This document shows, piece by piece, positions 35,401 to 48,675 of a DNA stretch of 64,000 nucleotides (the first letter of the stretch is position 1; every line of letters begins with the position of its first letter). This stretch comes from Blasia pusilla. Taxonomy: Eukaryota. The stretch covers positions 37,758,001 through 37,822,000 of the forward strand of contig CM114271.1 of the NCBI GenBank assembly GCA_050084515.1, in the 5' to 3' direction. The position numbers and the translations under genes were made by a program. Below the pieces are notes generated by a model. That model made no database searches. It was not told where the DNA came from and was given only the letters and a program-made list of their open reading frames with translations.

Positions 35401-37372
35401 CATACCTTACTCCTTGGGCTTGGCATGCACTGTCGGCCTCTTGTAAGAACTCACATCCTTTGGAATAAAAAACTACCTTCATATTCTCTCTTTCGGTGAT
35501 CTAGCCGATGGAGATAAGGTTGTGTGTTAAAGCTGGAATATGCCACACATCCTTGATTGTATAATCTTCACCCGAGGGCAATGTCACTTGCACATCTCCT
35601 TCCCCAATCGCAGAGTGAATGGAGCCGTCTCCCATTGATACTTCAGGTCCATTCATCAAAGGTTTGTAAGATGTGAACCAACCTTTATTTTTGATCATGT
35701 GGTTGCTGGCGCCGCTATCAATGAACCACTTGTCCACTTGGTTTGTGGTAACCAATGTCGAGATAAGTCCTCGTGCATCATCTTCACTTTCTGGTGTGAG
35801 TGCTCGATTGGTTCTCCCATTCTCGGCGAGGAAGCTTCGCTGCTTTTCTTGTGGTCTCATTGATCGATTGTGGCGATCATTCCTGTACCAACATTGATTG
35901 GAGTCATGTCCAATCTTACCGCATATTGTGCACTCCTTCTTGCTGGTAGTGCTATAGGTCTTACCATTGAACTTTTTCTCGGTGGTGCGGAAGGTTTGGG
36001 CCTTTGGTCCGGATGTGTTGCGTTCTTGTGATCGCCTTTCTTCATATTGACGAGGGAATGTTCCCTTCTTTTGGCTGAATAGAGCGCTAGGTCCCGATTC
36101 TTGTCCTTCTTGGGCAGCAAGGTCGTTGCGTCTCCTTTCTTCGTCAAGTAGGAGTGTGCATAGTTCAGAAAAAGTAGGCGTCTTTTCTCTCACGGCTAGA
36201 GAGTTTATGAAGTCCCCGTAGGAGTCTTGGGCCACACTATTCATCATAGTGGCTGCCATGGTTTCATCATCAATTAAGACCTTAACTTCTGCCAAATCAT
36301 CTCTTAGCTCTTTCATAATGCTGAGGTGTGAATACATAGTCGAGGTCGAGCTCATCTTCATTGAGTAAATTCGCCTCTGCAATGCCAGTTTTCTGGTCAT
36401 GCTTGTGCTAGCATGAACCGCTTCAAGTGTAGTCCAAGCTTCCTTGGAGGTCTCTGCATGTTTCAAATGAGGGATTTGAGAATCTCGTTGACATCATCAG
36501 AATTCCAAGGGCCTTTCGATCTCTCTTCTCAAGTCTTTGTGGCTCGAGCATCCATATTCGAGGTCTTCTCTTCTCTGCCATCAACTATATCGTAAAGATC
36601 ATATGCCATCGAATGGCCTTCATCCTCAGACGCCAAGTGCCGTCGTAATTGCTCTCATCGAGCTTGTGGCTCTCACTCAATATGTTGTCGGTAAGGCTCG
36701 TCATCTTTGATCTTGATAGGTGCTCGCCTTCGATCTTGCTGGTCTTCCTTGCCTGCATATGATCGACTTCGATTGCTAGTCTTCTTCCTCTTCTTTCAGC
36801 TTGATATTTGTCCCTGTGAAAAAAAAAAAAGAAAAATAAGGTACAAACGGGTACACACTTCTCTTCACTTGCATGCTCCTGTTTTCTATCCAGAGTTCTC
36901 GTCCTATTTTCATTGTATATGAGTACCTCTATTGGGAGTATGCTTATGTCCCTGTCAAAAGGGTATGTGAGTTCGCTGTCCTATTCTCTCTCAGATATGA
37001 GTACCAATCTCACTCGGAGTAGGAAGTAGATCTAAACTGCTCAGTGCGATTTCAGCTTGTGAGAAATTGCTAGAGATCTCACGCGTAATATGCACGAGTT
37101 TCAGTTTGTAAGAAATTATTAGAAATCTCACATGAAACCTGCTCTGATACCATGAAGTTTATTTCAGCAATTCTACTGAGCGGAATTGGTTGGTCAGCCA
37201 TGTGAAGAGTTTTATACATGAGCTAAGTGCTTGTTGCTCGCATGCTGTTTGATTGGAGCCTAACTCGTCTATGCAGCGTATACGTTGCACCCAAGTTGCC
37301 TCTGCAGCGTTTACGTTGAAGCCTCTTTGTTTACGGTGCAACGCGGCTTGTTGTCGTTTACACATTCCAACA
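32403..37372 (-). mobile_element. Full-length but decayed Ty1/copia LTR retrotransposon (4970 bp)
   Basis: LTRs at 37153-37372 and 32403-32582. PBS TGGTATCAGAGC (37141-37152, tRNA-iMet type). PPT TTAGGGAGGA. TSD AGGAG at 32398-32402 and 37373-37377. Gag CCHC (CTICGKIGHDSNQC), protease WFIDSGAS, integrase (WHERLGH, RTDRGGEF), RT (QMDVQNAFLNG, LYVDD) and RNase H (DADYAG) occur in copia order, with stops and frameshifts. Confidence 0.97.
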
Positions 37373-38613
37373 AGGAGAAACTGAAATGATCCTCAAATAA
37401 TTATGCGGGGAAAAACCGATAAAGTACTGTAAAGAAGCTACACTGGACCAGTGATTGGTTCAATCTCAGAGGAGGTGCAAGCTTTTTGCGTAAACTTGGT
37501 CATCTGTGGATCTTCTTGAAAGTTCCTACAGAGTGGACGTACGTCTGGAGACGTTGAAGTCTCCAAGGGTCCACGTGATCGATCATGTTTAGGATATGAA
37601 CCGCCAGGACTTCCAAGCCATGGTTATGGCAAGTCTACCAAGGTCTCGTTCGCGGCTTTAGACGAACTCAAGTCCAGAACTACAGGACATAGGTTGCTTT
37701 CGCTTACTCCCGATCGAGAGGCCTACAAATCTACATCTGTGGGCACCATTCGGTCGGCCATGCCACGAGAGCTTCTAGTCTCATGTACCGAAATCATCAT
37801 TATCTATTACAATACTCTATATTATTATTACTTTAGTATACCTCTTACGGAGAGTGTTTCCTTTGATTCGGTTAGAAAATGTTTCACAACCCAAGTGAAA
37901 CAAGAAGATTTTGTGTGTCCTTTCCCTTCACGGATTATACCCTTTTCCCTTTTCGGGTTTTATTTAAATTTTTTTTACTAAGGAACTGTGAATTTGGTTT
38001 CGTTTCTTCATAAGCACAAATCAGGTTCACGATGTCAGACAAAAGGAAGACTAACCGGACATTAAGACACATCTCTCTAAAGTCCTGTCTCTAGACCGTA
38101 AGGCTGAAACATGGTTCGGGAGTTTTTTTCGCGGTAATGGAGCCGGCATTGTTGGGAAATATTTTTTATTTTCGGTAATTTTCCAAATTTTAAATTTTCT
38201 ACACAGTTGTTTGGCTGATATTCGGAGAACGAACGGGAAAAAAATTTCCTTTTTGGACTTCATTCTCTACTAGTTCTCTACTAGTTGTAAGACAATTAAT
38301 TGAGTTCAATTTTTGCTTCCCCTTTTTGGAACTAAGTTATCCACGGAAGAATTGAACTTTAAATCACACACATTTATTATTTTATTTATAGTAAATAATT
38401 TAAAATTAATTCTATTCTTATTAATTATTAATTAATTATTATTATATCATAATTAATTAATTAATAATAACACATTTTTCTAATAACCACAATAGAATAA
38501 AATCAGATTTTCTAAAAAACCACATTGGTCCTAATTGATGTTAAATACAAATATTAATTTAAAATACAAGGAGTATTATTTCTGTAATAGCACCCTCATT
38601 TAAACTTCATAGA

Positions 38614-41600
38614 TATGAAGTTGGGGCACTGAATATGAAAAACAAAAAAAAGACATGGGGGGCTTGAGGAGGAGGAGGACTATGGAAGAAGACTATGGCG
38701 GACGTTTAGAATTTTGTTTCTAACTATTTCCATAGTGATCCAATCTTTTCAATTTAAGGCCCAATGTGTTCATCTTTTCAAGCTTGAACTTTGGATTCTT
38801 TTTTTTTCCACTTAAGATTGAGATTTCCAGAGTTCTTGGGATCTTTGGACCTCCTTCTCTCCTAAATGTGCTCATAGATTCCTATACGCAATTTCATACA
38901 TAGCGCTCTCCTTATAGAGTGATACCGGGTTACCATCAGTTAAAGGGATTCCACTTGCTTTTATGGATCTTTTGATACGGGCTCGGCCCAACATTACGAA
39001 CTCATTCCCTCATAGCGGTCATTGGTGGGTGGCTCACTTCCTCCCCCACATCCTCTTTTTCCGTGTTTCCAATTTCTTTCATAACTTTCTTATCGAATGT
39101 CGGTTTTGGGCGTTTTTGGGCCTGTTTCGATCGTCTAGATGAGCTCGTTCTTTTGATATCAAGTAGGTTTTCTACTTTTTCTTCCTTCTTTGTAGGTGCC
39201 TATTTTTGTGTACGGGTTTGTTTTAGGTCAATTCCTCCCAAAAGTCTTCCTTGCTCTTTCAACTCCTTACCTTATTGTTTCGCCCCTACATACGTTTAGA
39301 ACATTAGAAATTCATATTCTTGAGCCACCTCTTCCGATACCATATCCATCACTTTTCCTTTTCAATTACTTTTTATATTTTTCTTATAGTAACGTTCAAT
39401 CATAAATTCGGTATTGCCTTATCTTCATCTCTCCACTACTTTTGCTTTGTTTGTTATCCTCTTGCTTTCTCCAAACCACGTTCCGTATGTCTTTTCTTGT
39501 CTTCGGAGACTTGCCTACCTTTACTTCTATGTCATCAGAGATGGAGTTGGATTCTCCATCTACTCGCTTATCTGGTTTTACACGCCCTGCTACAGCGGTA
39601 ACCTCTCCCCCTGGTTCACCTCCTCATCGTCGATCTTGCCATTTTCCTCCAGAGGCTAATACACCCATTCCACTGGCTACATTTCTTCCGGATTCTCCTC
39701 TTCTCCCTTCTTCGCCTTGTCCTATTGAGCCTAATCCTGATCCATTATTACCGAATCCTTCTACTTTGCCATCCCCACATATCTCAACTATGCCCTTGCT
39801 TCCAACTCCCATCTATTCTACCCGAATCTCCCCTCTTCCTCCTCCTCCTTCCCCAACCTATTTACCCCCTCATCGTCGGCCATCACCACCTCTTGCACCT
39901 CCCACCTCCTCTCCTTGTAACCCTTCTACTTCTCCATTTGTACCAAAGGTTCGTTGCATACCTTGTGGTAAGGACTTTGCTCCTAATGGGATCAAAAGAC
40001 ATCAACGGTATTGTCGATCCATGCATGGGCCTTCAATCCCTAACCCGATACCAACTCCTAGTGCACTCCCCACAACAACTGCTTGGACCTGGTTAAGCCA
40101 AATTGATCTCCTTCGCTCTTTCCATCCAAGTCTTCCTCGTCCTAAACTCTACACTCGTATTCCTATTGCTCTTCGCCCCATCATCAACAAGCTTTACTAT
40201 TCCCATTAGAAAGGTTAGCGCGTGACCCCACAAATATAAATGCTTGGTATCTCCTATTACTCTTCCCACAATGGGTTTTAGTCCTCCCTCCAAGGGGGAT
40301 GCAATGGGTCATCGTGAAACCTCCACACGTATTCAACACTTTATGTCAGGGGATTGGGAGAATCTTCAGAATGAGCATGTACTTCGAGCTGAGGCCTTAG
40401 CTGCGGCTCATCCCACTCAACATGCCAATCATGGGAGGCCTTCAATACAACAACGCCTTCGACGAAGTCTACTATTGGGGCATGTTGGTGAGTTTTCACG
40501 TGCAACTCGAGCATTGGGTCCTCTTTCTCCGGCGGTTCCAAGTGCGGAAACAGTGGCTCTCTTAGAAGCTCTTCATCCTCTTTCAAGTGGCGATGCTCCA
40601 TCTTTTGTGGAAGACTATACAACAAACCTTGACTTGGAGCTTGACTTGGAGGTTTTCACTAGGGCTTTTCTGCATACTCCTCGCTTATCGCCAAGCGGGC
40701 TATCGGGATGGTTTTTAGCATCTCGCGATTGCTTTATCCGAGCAGATTCAGCAAGTGGCTTTGTCTCTCTATATAAGGTGTGTGCACATATGGCGGCACG
40801 TTGTCTCCCATTCTCTATCTCTAGGCTCTTAGGGGCTTGTCGTTTGTTGGCTATGGATAAGCCTCCTTCGTGTGTCGCCCTTTGGCTATTGGAGAGGTTT
40901 TATACCGCTTGGGTCGATCCCTATGCTTGCAATTTCGTCCTCACTCTAGTGCCCACTTATTTCCTCATCAATTTGGAGTGGCAACTCCTGGAGGTTGTGA
41001 GGTTGTGGTGCATTGGATTTGCTCCACTCTTGATATTCATCCAGATTGGGTAGCAATTCAAGTCGATGTGGCTAACACATTCAATTCAGTTTCTCGTGCG
41101 GCCATCTTTGAGGAATTACGTTGTGCAGGAGGACAACTCGCGAGCCTCATTCCATTTGTTCGCTCCTTCTATGCCTATGATACGCCCATTATTTATTCCC
41201 ATCATGCTACTTCTGGGGAATATAGTATTCTACAATCGGCTTGTGGCACACGTCAAGGTGATCCCATGGGAAGCCCACTCTTTGCCATTGCCCATTTTCG
41301 TGCCCTTCGAGCATCAGCGCAAGCATTTCCATCTTGTCTTTTCCCTTCTATTGATGATGACACTCACATTTTAGGTCCTCCTTCTGAAGTGGTTCCTGCT
41401 TATACCCATTTCGTGGAGCAACTCTCTTTCTTAAACCTTAAAGTCCAACCTAGTAAATGTGGAGTATGGTCTCCTTCATGCCTTCCCTCAACATTCACCC
41501 CACCTACTCCTAATTTTCCCATTTACATTGAAGGGGTTAGAGTTCTTGGGGTCCCAATTGGCTTCATCGACTATGTCTCAAAGTTCTTGGATGAGGCCCT

Positions 41601-43150
41601 TTTGAAAGACGTGGAATGGCTTCATTTATTACCTCATCTTGGGGATCCCCAAGTGGCTTATGGGATTCTCTCCCAATGTTTTCTTCGACGTCCTTCCTAC
41701 CTTCTTCGCACTTGTCCTCCCACTTCAAGCTTCTTACATCGGCTGGCCTCTTTTGATGCTTCTATCTTGGCAACTTTTGGTCAACTTCTTGGCCCGAATA
41801 CCTTTGAGGGAGAGGATGGTGTCTTTGCTTCACGACAAGCTATCTTGCCTATTTCTTTTGGAGGGGTGGGACTATCCTCCAGAGTCACATCTGCTCCCGC
41901 AGCCTTTTTGGGGAGTTGGGCGTTGGTAGCACCGATTATGGCTTCAAGGTTTCTCCAAGGAGATACACCTATCTTGATGGATCATATCGCCCATGTCGAG
42001 GAGGGGGTCTTGTTATTTCAACAACAACTAAGATTTGCACGAGCTCTTCTTCCTCTTGCTACACAAGCAATTCTAACTCCTTTCAGTCAACTAATTACAG
42101 AAGGGCTTGATCGACTTCAAGAGCATATCTCCGAGAATCTGCATCAAATCAACTTTTCCAGCATTCTCTCAAAGGCATCCTCCGACGTTAATCGAGCTCG
42201 TGTACGTTCATGTGCGGGTACCGGAGCGGGGGCGTGGCTTACTGCAAATCCTCTTATTCTCCTATTTCGTCTTCCTCGAAGTATATTCTCGAAAGCTTTG
42301 CGGTTATGTCTTGGACTTCCCCATCCTTCTCTCTTAGGTATGCCAAATTGTGTATGCGGGGATCCTATTGATGCCAAGGGTATCCATATTCTCCGATGTG
42401 CACATGGTGGAGAACGAACGGCCACACATGATGTCATTAGAGAGGCGGTAGCATCGGTGGCTCGTACGGCAGGATATACCGTTGGGCAAGAGCAACTCCA
42501 TGTCCTACCTTCAACCACACAAGCAACCTCTCGTCGGAGAGAGGATCTTGTTATGTCTCGAGGTGGATTACGGACACTAGGTGATGTGGTGGTTGCTGAT
42601 CCAACACGTTCTGACTTGGTGTGTAGAGTCGCACATACCAAAGGTTTGGCGGCCGAAGATGTAGCAAGAATCAAGGAGTTAAGTTATCTTTGTGAGACAT
42701 GCGATCGACGGATTTATTCCGTTTTGCAAAGTGGAAGTATTCGGTCATTTACATGTGTCTTTTGATACTTTCCTGAAAACATGTGCTGACCACTCCTCGA
42801 GAATCATCACCTTGCCCCTTCCCGTAGTCCTTCTCTCTCGGTTGTTACTACTTATTTTAGGCAATGCATCTCAATGGCTTTACAACGTGCACAAGCCTTG
42901 GCATTAATACGTCGTGCGGAGGTGGTGGGAGGTCGCTCGCCTCGTCGTCCATTCACGTCTGACCAACCACTCGTGTTCTTGTCAGATTTGTTTCAAGCAA
43001 TCGATCGTGTTGCTCGTTGAGCCGGTGTTTACGTGGGCTTGTTGCCATTTTCTTTTTGCATTCTTTTATGCATTTTTTTACTCCTCTTTTGAGTTATTAT
43101 TACCTTTCTTTGTCCTCTTTTGAGGTTTATTTTATAATAAAGTGGTTTCG
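38614..43150 (+). mobile_element. CRE-like (R2-superfamily) non-LTR retrotransposon with restriction-like endonuclease; frameshifted ORF about 39529-43020
   Basis: TSD TCATAGA at 38607-38613 and 43151-43157, with the empty site at 9974-9980. Pro-rich N-terminus and zinc finger CIPC..RHQRYC. RT motifs RPLAIGEVLYRL, QFGVATPGG, DVANTFNSVSR, GTRQGDP and IDDD. Zinc knuckle CVC..HILRC followed by HD..RREDL..GDVVV..KELSY..FIPF..EVFG. Confidence 0.88.
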
Positions 43151-44742
43151 TCATAGAAGTAAAAAAATCTCTTTGTGTAATATTACATAGAAATAAATTA
43201 TTTCCATAAAATAAAATTTTAAATAAATTTTTTTTCTAATAATTAAAAAAAAATTATCTCTTGGTTACTGGTTTATATTAGAATGGGTGATCCTAGATGT
43301 TTAATCAAAAAAATAATGAGATAATCTGGAAAATAGCAAAATATTTGTAATTTTTTCCGTTAATTCATATTTGATGGGAAGGGAAAATAAATCTTAACTG
43401 AGAAGGAATATTGTTTCAATTTTATTGGAGGATGGAATTACTTAGGGAAATATGGGAGAAGGAATGGATTTCATTTAAATTTTAATTTAGGAATGGAATA
43501 AAATTAATTTTCTCAATATTATGTTTTAATTTTCAAACAAGAAATATGATTATTTTAAAAAATAATACATTTCGTATTTGATATTTCCAAAAAAAAAGAG
43601 CTTCAATGAAAGACGGAATGATTTCATTAATTGAAATTAACCAAAAATTTAGATAATGGATATTATTTTGATGGAAAGAGAAGGTATTATTCACACTTTA
43701 ATAGAAAATTAAACTTATCTAAAATATTATTAAAATTTTAAATTTTAGAAATAGAGTATATTTACGGCCTCTATATGTGGGCTAATTTAAGATTTCCTAT
43801 TCCAGAATCCAGATGCGTTGTGTTTGCCTCGTTTTTTTCTAAGCTCGTTCACATGTCCAAGTGTGCATCCATATTATGTGGAGGCTTTGATACCTTCCGA
43901 TGGAAACCGCTCTCACATCTCGCATTAGGTCACTAAGTTCGGATTCACGTACTCAATCGAGCTCACCTCCACGTTCTACAGATCAGGAAGAACCTTTACA
44001 CTAGCTCTTGGACTCTCTCATTCCCTCATGCCCTATCTACATTCTTGCCCACAGTGAGGAAGCGCAAGTGAGGTCACGCTCTACCTTGCTCTCATCGTCT
44101 CACCTTGATTTGAGTCACGGCCCTCTAGTGACTCTGTTTGCACACGTGTTCACACTCTACCACGGTCTGCACCTCACAATTTTTTTCAGTCAAGGCCCTG
44201 TATTGTGTGCGTTTGCAGATGTATTAGCTCTATAACTTACCTGAACGTCTACACTATATCTCTATCTCTCTCTCATTTCTGCACATTTTGCTTATATATG
44301 CTCTTGGGTCTGCTCCATTTCGTACAAGTACTTCGTTGGCCCTCTACTTCACATTCCTTTATATTCGTCTTCATAGTTCTGGATTAGTTGTCTCTTTAAA
44401 TCTTGAATCCAAAATCCTTCAAGGTACACAGATTGGAATTATTTTATAGACGCTTATCTCAATGCGTCAACAAGTGCCACACCTATCTTTTTTTGTCTCT
44501 GAGTCTCCGATTCATTGTCTGACAAGCTCACCACCGCCACTTCATCTTAGTCACGATTACAGCTCAAATACACTAGTATACTCTCCACTTGATCTACTGC
44601 TCTGAGTGGCATAGCCTCTTGTGTTTGTTTACTGAATGTATTACAATTCTCACGAGCTTCTCTTGATTGTGACTAATTTTTGCATGTAATTCCTACTCGA
44701 TTGCTCAAAGTGACCATATATGCTCTTATCTTTGAAAATAGG

Positions 44743-44746
<4 letters not shown>

Positions 44747-44833
<87 letters not shown>
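44747..44833 (+). repeat. (CT)n microsatellite, about 43 units
   Basis: Pure CT run. The homologous site at 11574-11600 is short and interrupted. Confidence 0.95.
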
Positions 44834-44837
<4 letters not shown>

Positions 44838-45330
44838 CCCTCAACAAGGACCTCTAGAGTAGACGTCTTGACCAATGTAAATATGTAATGAAAGCATATA
44901 AGTCGAATGAATCAAGTATATATATATATATATACATATTCTATCTTTAATCCTGATTTCATTACAACCCGTCAGATTCCGACGAGTTGCATGATGAACT
45001 TTTTCCATAAAAATATTGCAACCCTTTGACTTTTGACACATTGCATGACAAAAGGTTTTCATCAACAAATCGCAAGATTTCCTATCCGGGCATTGTGATG
45101 ACGCGGTGAACCTCATTTCTTGTCAAAATCCAACAAAATTTCTCTTAGTTGAAGGTTGGAAGATTTCATTAGACGGTTTGCAAGCCGTTGGATTCAAAGT
45201 TCCCGCAATGTGATGGAACTTGTCGGTTCCGACGAGTTGCTTTACCTACGTAATTTGAGCCCTGTACAATTTTGATGGCTTGCAACCTTACACTTCAACC
45301 ACATATTTGGAAAAAGTGGAGAAAACTCAC

Positions 45331-47470
45331 CTGCCGTATAAAGTTTCCCCATTACCTCATACGGACGGTCCACCAACTGAGCCGTGAACACAACTCTTTG
45401 TATTTTCCGTCAATCGCATGCTTTCTCCATCACACATGAAGTTCGTCTTGGCACTCTATGGCTTGTTTCACGGTTGAAGTAGAGCTATATGCTCTCTTCT
45501 CTTATTCTCCTTGATGTAGGATTTTATGTAGCGAGTCACAGACTGTTGCCAATGGAAAACATCTAATCTTTCTCTTTCTGGTTGAACTCCTTCCCCCGTG
45601 AACACTTCTCGGATTGCAATCCATCCCGGTTGGGCATTTTCCGCCATGAAGCCATATATTTCAGGAGGAGATCTTTTGTTTTCGTTCACCACCTCCAGCA
45701 AGAGTAAACCAACACATCTTCAAGCTGCCAACATCTTCCGCTTTCACCTCACAGACAAAAATGGTTTTGAGACCCTTCTCCACATGGTCATATACATGTG
45801 CATCCATGGTCAACCATCCATTTAATACCCTGTAGCAAATATCAAAGCTAACCCACCTCCCAAATAGATCTTCTCCCTCATTGATTCTGTCAATAAGATC
45901 CAGGCCGCTAGACGGGCCTGTAGTAGACATTTTGAAGACATAAGCTCTAGATCCCTCGCCTCCTTGGCCCATGAATTGCCATCTCTGGATGAATGGAAAT
46001 CGTGAGTTGGCCTTGATCCTAGAAATGGCATCCATCTCCGTGGTCTTTCCATCAAGTATTCGTATTTGACGCAATAAGTTCCTGAAGCTTTCTAGATCAG
46101 CCAAGAATGCCAGGTTTTCCCACAGTTGCTTCTCCTCAGCTTCTGTGATCTCCCCTTGGCCACGGATACCCAAAAATTGTTCACAAATTTGTGATAAAGT
46201 TGTCAATTTGATCACTCTGGGCTTTGATCCTGGAGAGTTTTAGTACACCTTGGCCACTTTCTTTGCCACATCCTTCTTGATGTATCTCCGAATTGCACCC
46301 GTGACAAGATGAGTGTGACACCCAACATGAATTGCCACCCTTGTGTACTTGGACCTTGAACTATAGTTGTGCACTTTGAAATATGTAAGCCCGACACGCT
46401 CTAACACAGAAAGGGGAGGCTTGACAGTGTGGACAACGATGGCCACCTGATAGGATGGTTGTACCCACAACGTAGGGAGTTTTTGCATTTTTGGGAGGCA
46501 ATTGGGAAGTATTCACGACTCTGTTTCTCTCGAGGAAGGGGCATCCTGGGCTTCTGCACTCTAAGGCCCCAATACATTGGCAACAATACACAATCCAAGG
46601 ACCACTAGGGATTGAAGCGCTCATCCGCTACAGTCTGCACCATCGGCGACATTCCGATTTTCGGTCCATTCCCTTCAAGCCGCCTCCATCTTTCTTTTGA
46701 GCAGGATCCACAAGTGGAGGCAGCTCAAAAATTTTGTTTCCATCATACGTTGCTGGCAGCTCATCCACGATATTGTGCTTGATCAGTTTCAAGGGAAGAG
46801 AAGAAAGAAACAAATTCCTCGAAACTCCAAGCAGGAATGAGTAAGCGGACGTGTTTCCAACAGATCCTGTGAGATCGATGACATCCTAGATATTCACAGT
46901 CTTAATTGTGGCGTTTTGAGCTTGTGAAAATGGAGTCAATGCAAGATCAGCCGAAGCACCCATGCCAAACATAGAGCATTGAGCACTCAAAGGTTTTGGA
47001 CCGTCTTCATGAGTCACAGTGGTGATCATGGGTAGGCCATAAACTCTGAATTTTCCATTGGAGTAGGGTAAGAGGGTCCACACTCTGTAGCTTCCAATTT
47101 CCGGTTGGATTTTTTCCCTAATGACATCATCCGTTCCATCCACCTTGACATCCTTGGATACAAATATGGTTCCAATCTGGAGAAGAAATAGGAGTGAAAG
47201 GAAATGTTCTTCAACAATTACATGAATGTCACCAGGCTGGGCTCGAATAATCTCCGATTGAGGAAGGCCCGCTAGATGACTGCCACATGTAAGCTTCACA
47301 TAATTGTCCATTTCGGTCAGACCGACAATAATTGCCCAGATAGAGAAATAAGAATGAGAATGTTGAATTTATAGTGAATAGTGTCCGTTTAAATTCTGAC
47401 AGAATATCTCTGACATGTGTTAGGTTGAACCATCGTCGGGTGAGTGGACCTACCAAAAAGGAATATTTGG
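45331..47470 (-). mobile_element. Decayed Mutator-like (MULE) transposase with an N-terminal Cys/His (GCM/WRKY-like) zinc domain
   Basis: CIGALECRSPGCPF..CPHC..C..RVAIHVGCHTH; DDE core WVSFDICYRVLNGWLT..HVYD..CEVKAED..FMAENAQ.GW.AIREVF..DVFHWQQS; LSWWTVRMR*WG before a GTGAG donor. Frameshifted. No TIR or TSD found. Confidence 0.65.
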
Positions 47471-47813
47471 ACATCTTGGTAGATGACTAGTGGGAAAGGC
47501 CTTGTCAGGCTTACTTTGACCCGTGGGAGACGGACGGGTTGGAAGGTAGACACTAGGGGAACTTCAACCTGTTGGAGCCGATGGATTGGAAACGAGGAGG
47601 GATGTCGATGGAACAAACCCTGAACACTAAGCACATCTCGACGCCTAGAATTTTGTCATAATATATGGGAAAGATTTGGCAGGGGTCCTTCAACCAGGCG
47701 GAGTCCGACGGATTATAAAATGGACAGACTCAGAACGCCGGTCCGTCCGGTCCTGCTCCCCACTTACCTAATTGATTCCCCTGCCTTCCACAAGTTAGGC
47801 AGCCTCGGTTCCG

Positions 47814-48370
47814 TGCAACTCATCGGAGTCCGACGGGTTATACGACCCAGGTTAAATGGACCCCATGCAACCCGTCAAAGTCTGACGGGTTGCATGGGAC
47901 CCTTTCTAGATGGACCCTATGCAACCCTTTGTGGTCCAACCGATTGCAGGAGGTGAGCAGGATGAATTCTCCCCGTGCAACCCGTCGGCGTCCGACAGAT
48001 TGCACGAGAGGCAAGTTGGATAGACCCTATGCAACCCGTTGTGGTCCAACGGGTTGCAGGAGGTGGGTAGGATGAATTCTCCCTGTGCAATCTGTCGGAG
48101 TCCGACGGGTTGCATAGGAGCCAGGGTGGATGGACCCTATGCAACCCGTTGTAGTCCGACGGATTGCTAGAACTAGGCAAGATGAATGCTCCCCATGCAA
48201 CCCGTCAGAGTCCGATGGGTTGCATTGGAGCCAGGCTGGATGGACCCTATGCAACCCATCGTGGTCCAACGGGTTGCTAGAACTGGGCAAGATGAGTGCT
48301 CAACCGCGTCGGAGTCCAAAGGGTTGCACAATGACCTCCTATTCAACCAATCGGAGTCCGATAGGTTGCA
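47814..48370. repeat. Tandem array of about 11 copies of a 29-bp palindrome, with mostly alternating 54/56-bp spacing (110-bp dimer)
   Basis: TGCAAC-type starts at 47814, 47866, 47920, 47976, 48030, 48086, 48140, 48196 and 48250, plus two degenerate copies. Consensus TGCAACCCGTCGGA-N-TCCGACGGGTTGCA. Confidence 0.92.
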
Positions 48371-48675
48371 TAGTTCCCACGTGCCATGCACCGTATACGC
48401 AAGACGTCACCGTCAGACCAACGGTTCCCAAAACCCAATGGTCAGCTCAACGAATAAAAATCTATATAAGGCTTTGATTATGATCATTTCTCTTTCCTTT
48501 CCATTGTGCGTTTTCAGTAAAAGCGTTTCGAGCAAACATGTGGATTACTCCGGAAGCCGCTTCGCTCGAAGGTACGATTGACGACGATTCGAGGGACGAC
48601 GCTTCAAAGATTGACACTGAAATTGATTGCTTTACTATTAGCGAAGTGTAGAGCTTTACTTCTTTCACGACCACA

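Noticed and set aside
38614-39530. Self-cleaving ribozyme in the LINE 5' region
   Set aside because: I could not fold a convincing HDV-like or hammerhead structure by eye. It needs a covariance-model search.
47814-48370. CRISPR-like array (palindromic 29-bp repeats with about 26-bp spacers)
   Set aside because: The spacers alternate between two related sequences instead of being unique, the repeats are degenerate, no cas genes are present, and the context is eukaryotic.
47814-48370. TCCGAC in the palindrome equals the MmeI-type site TCCRAC
   Set aside because: A 6-bp coincidence. The MTase-like fragment resembles beta-class enzymes rather than MmeI-like type IIL enzymes, and nothing identifies its target.
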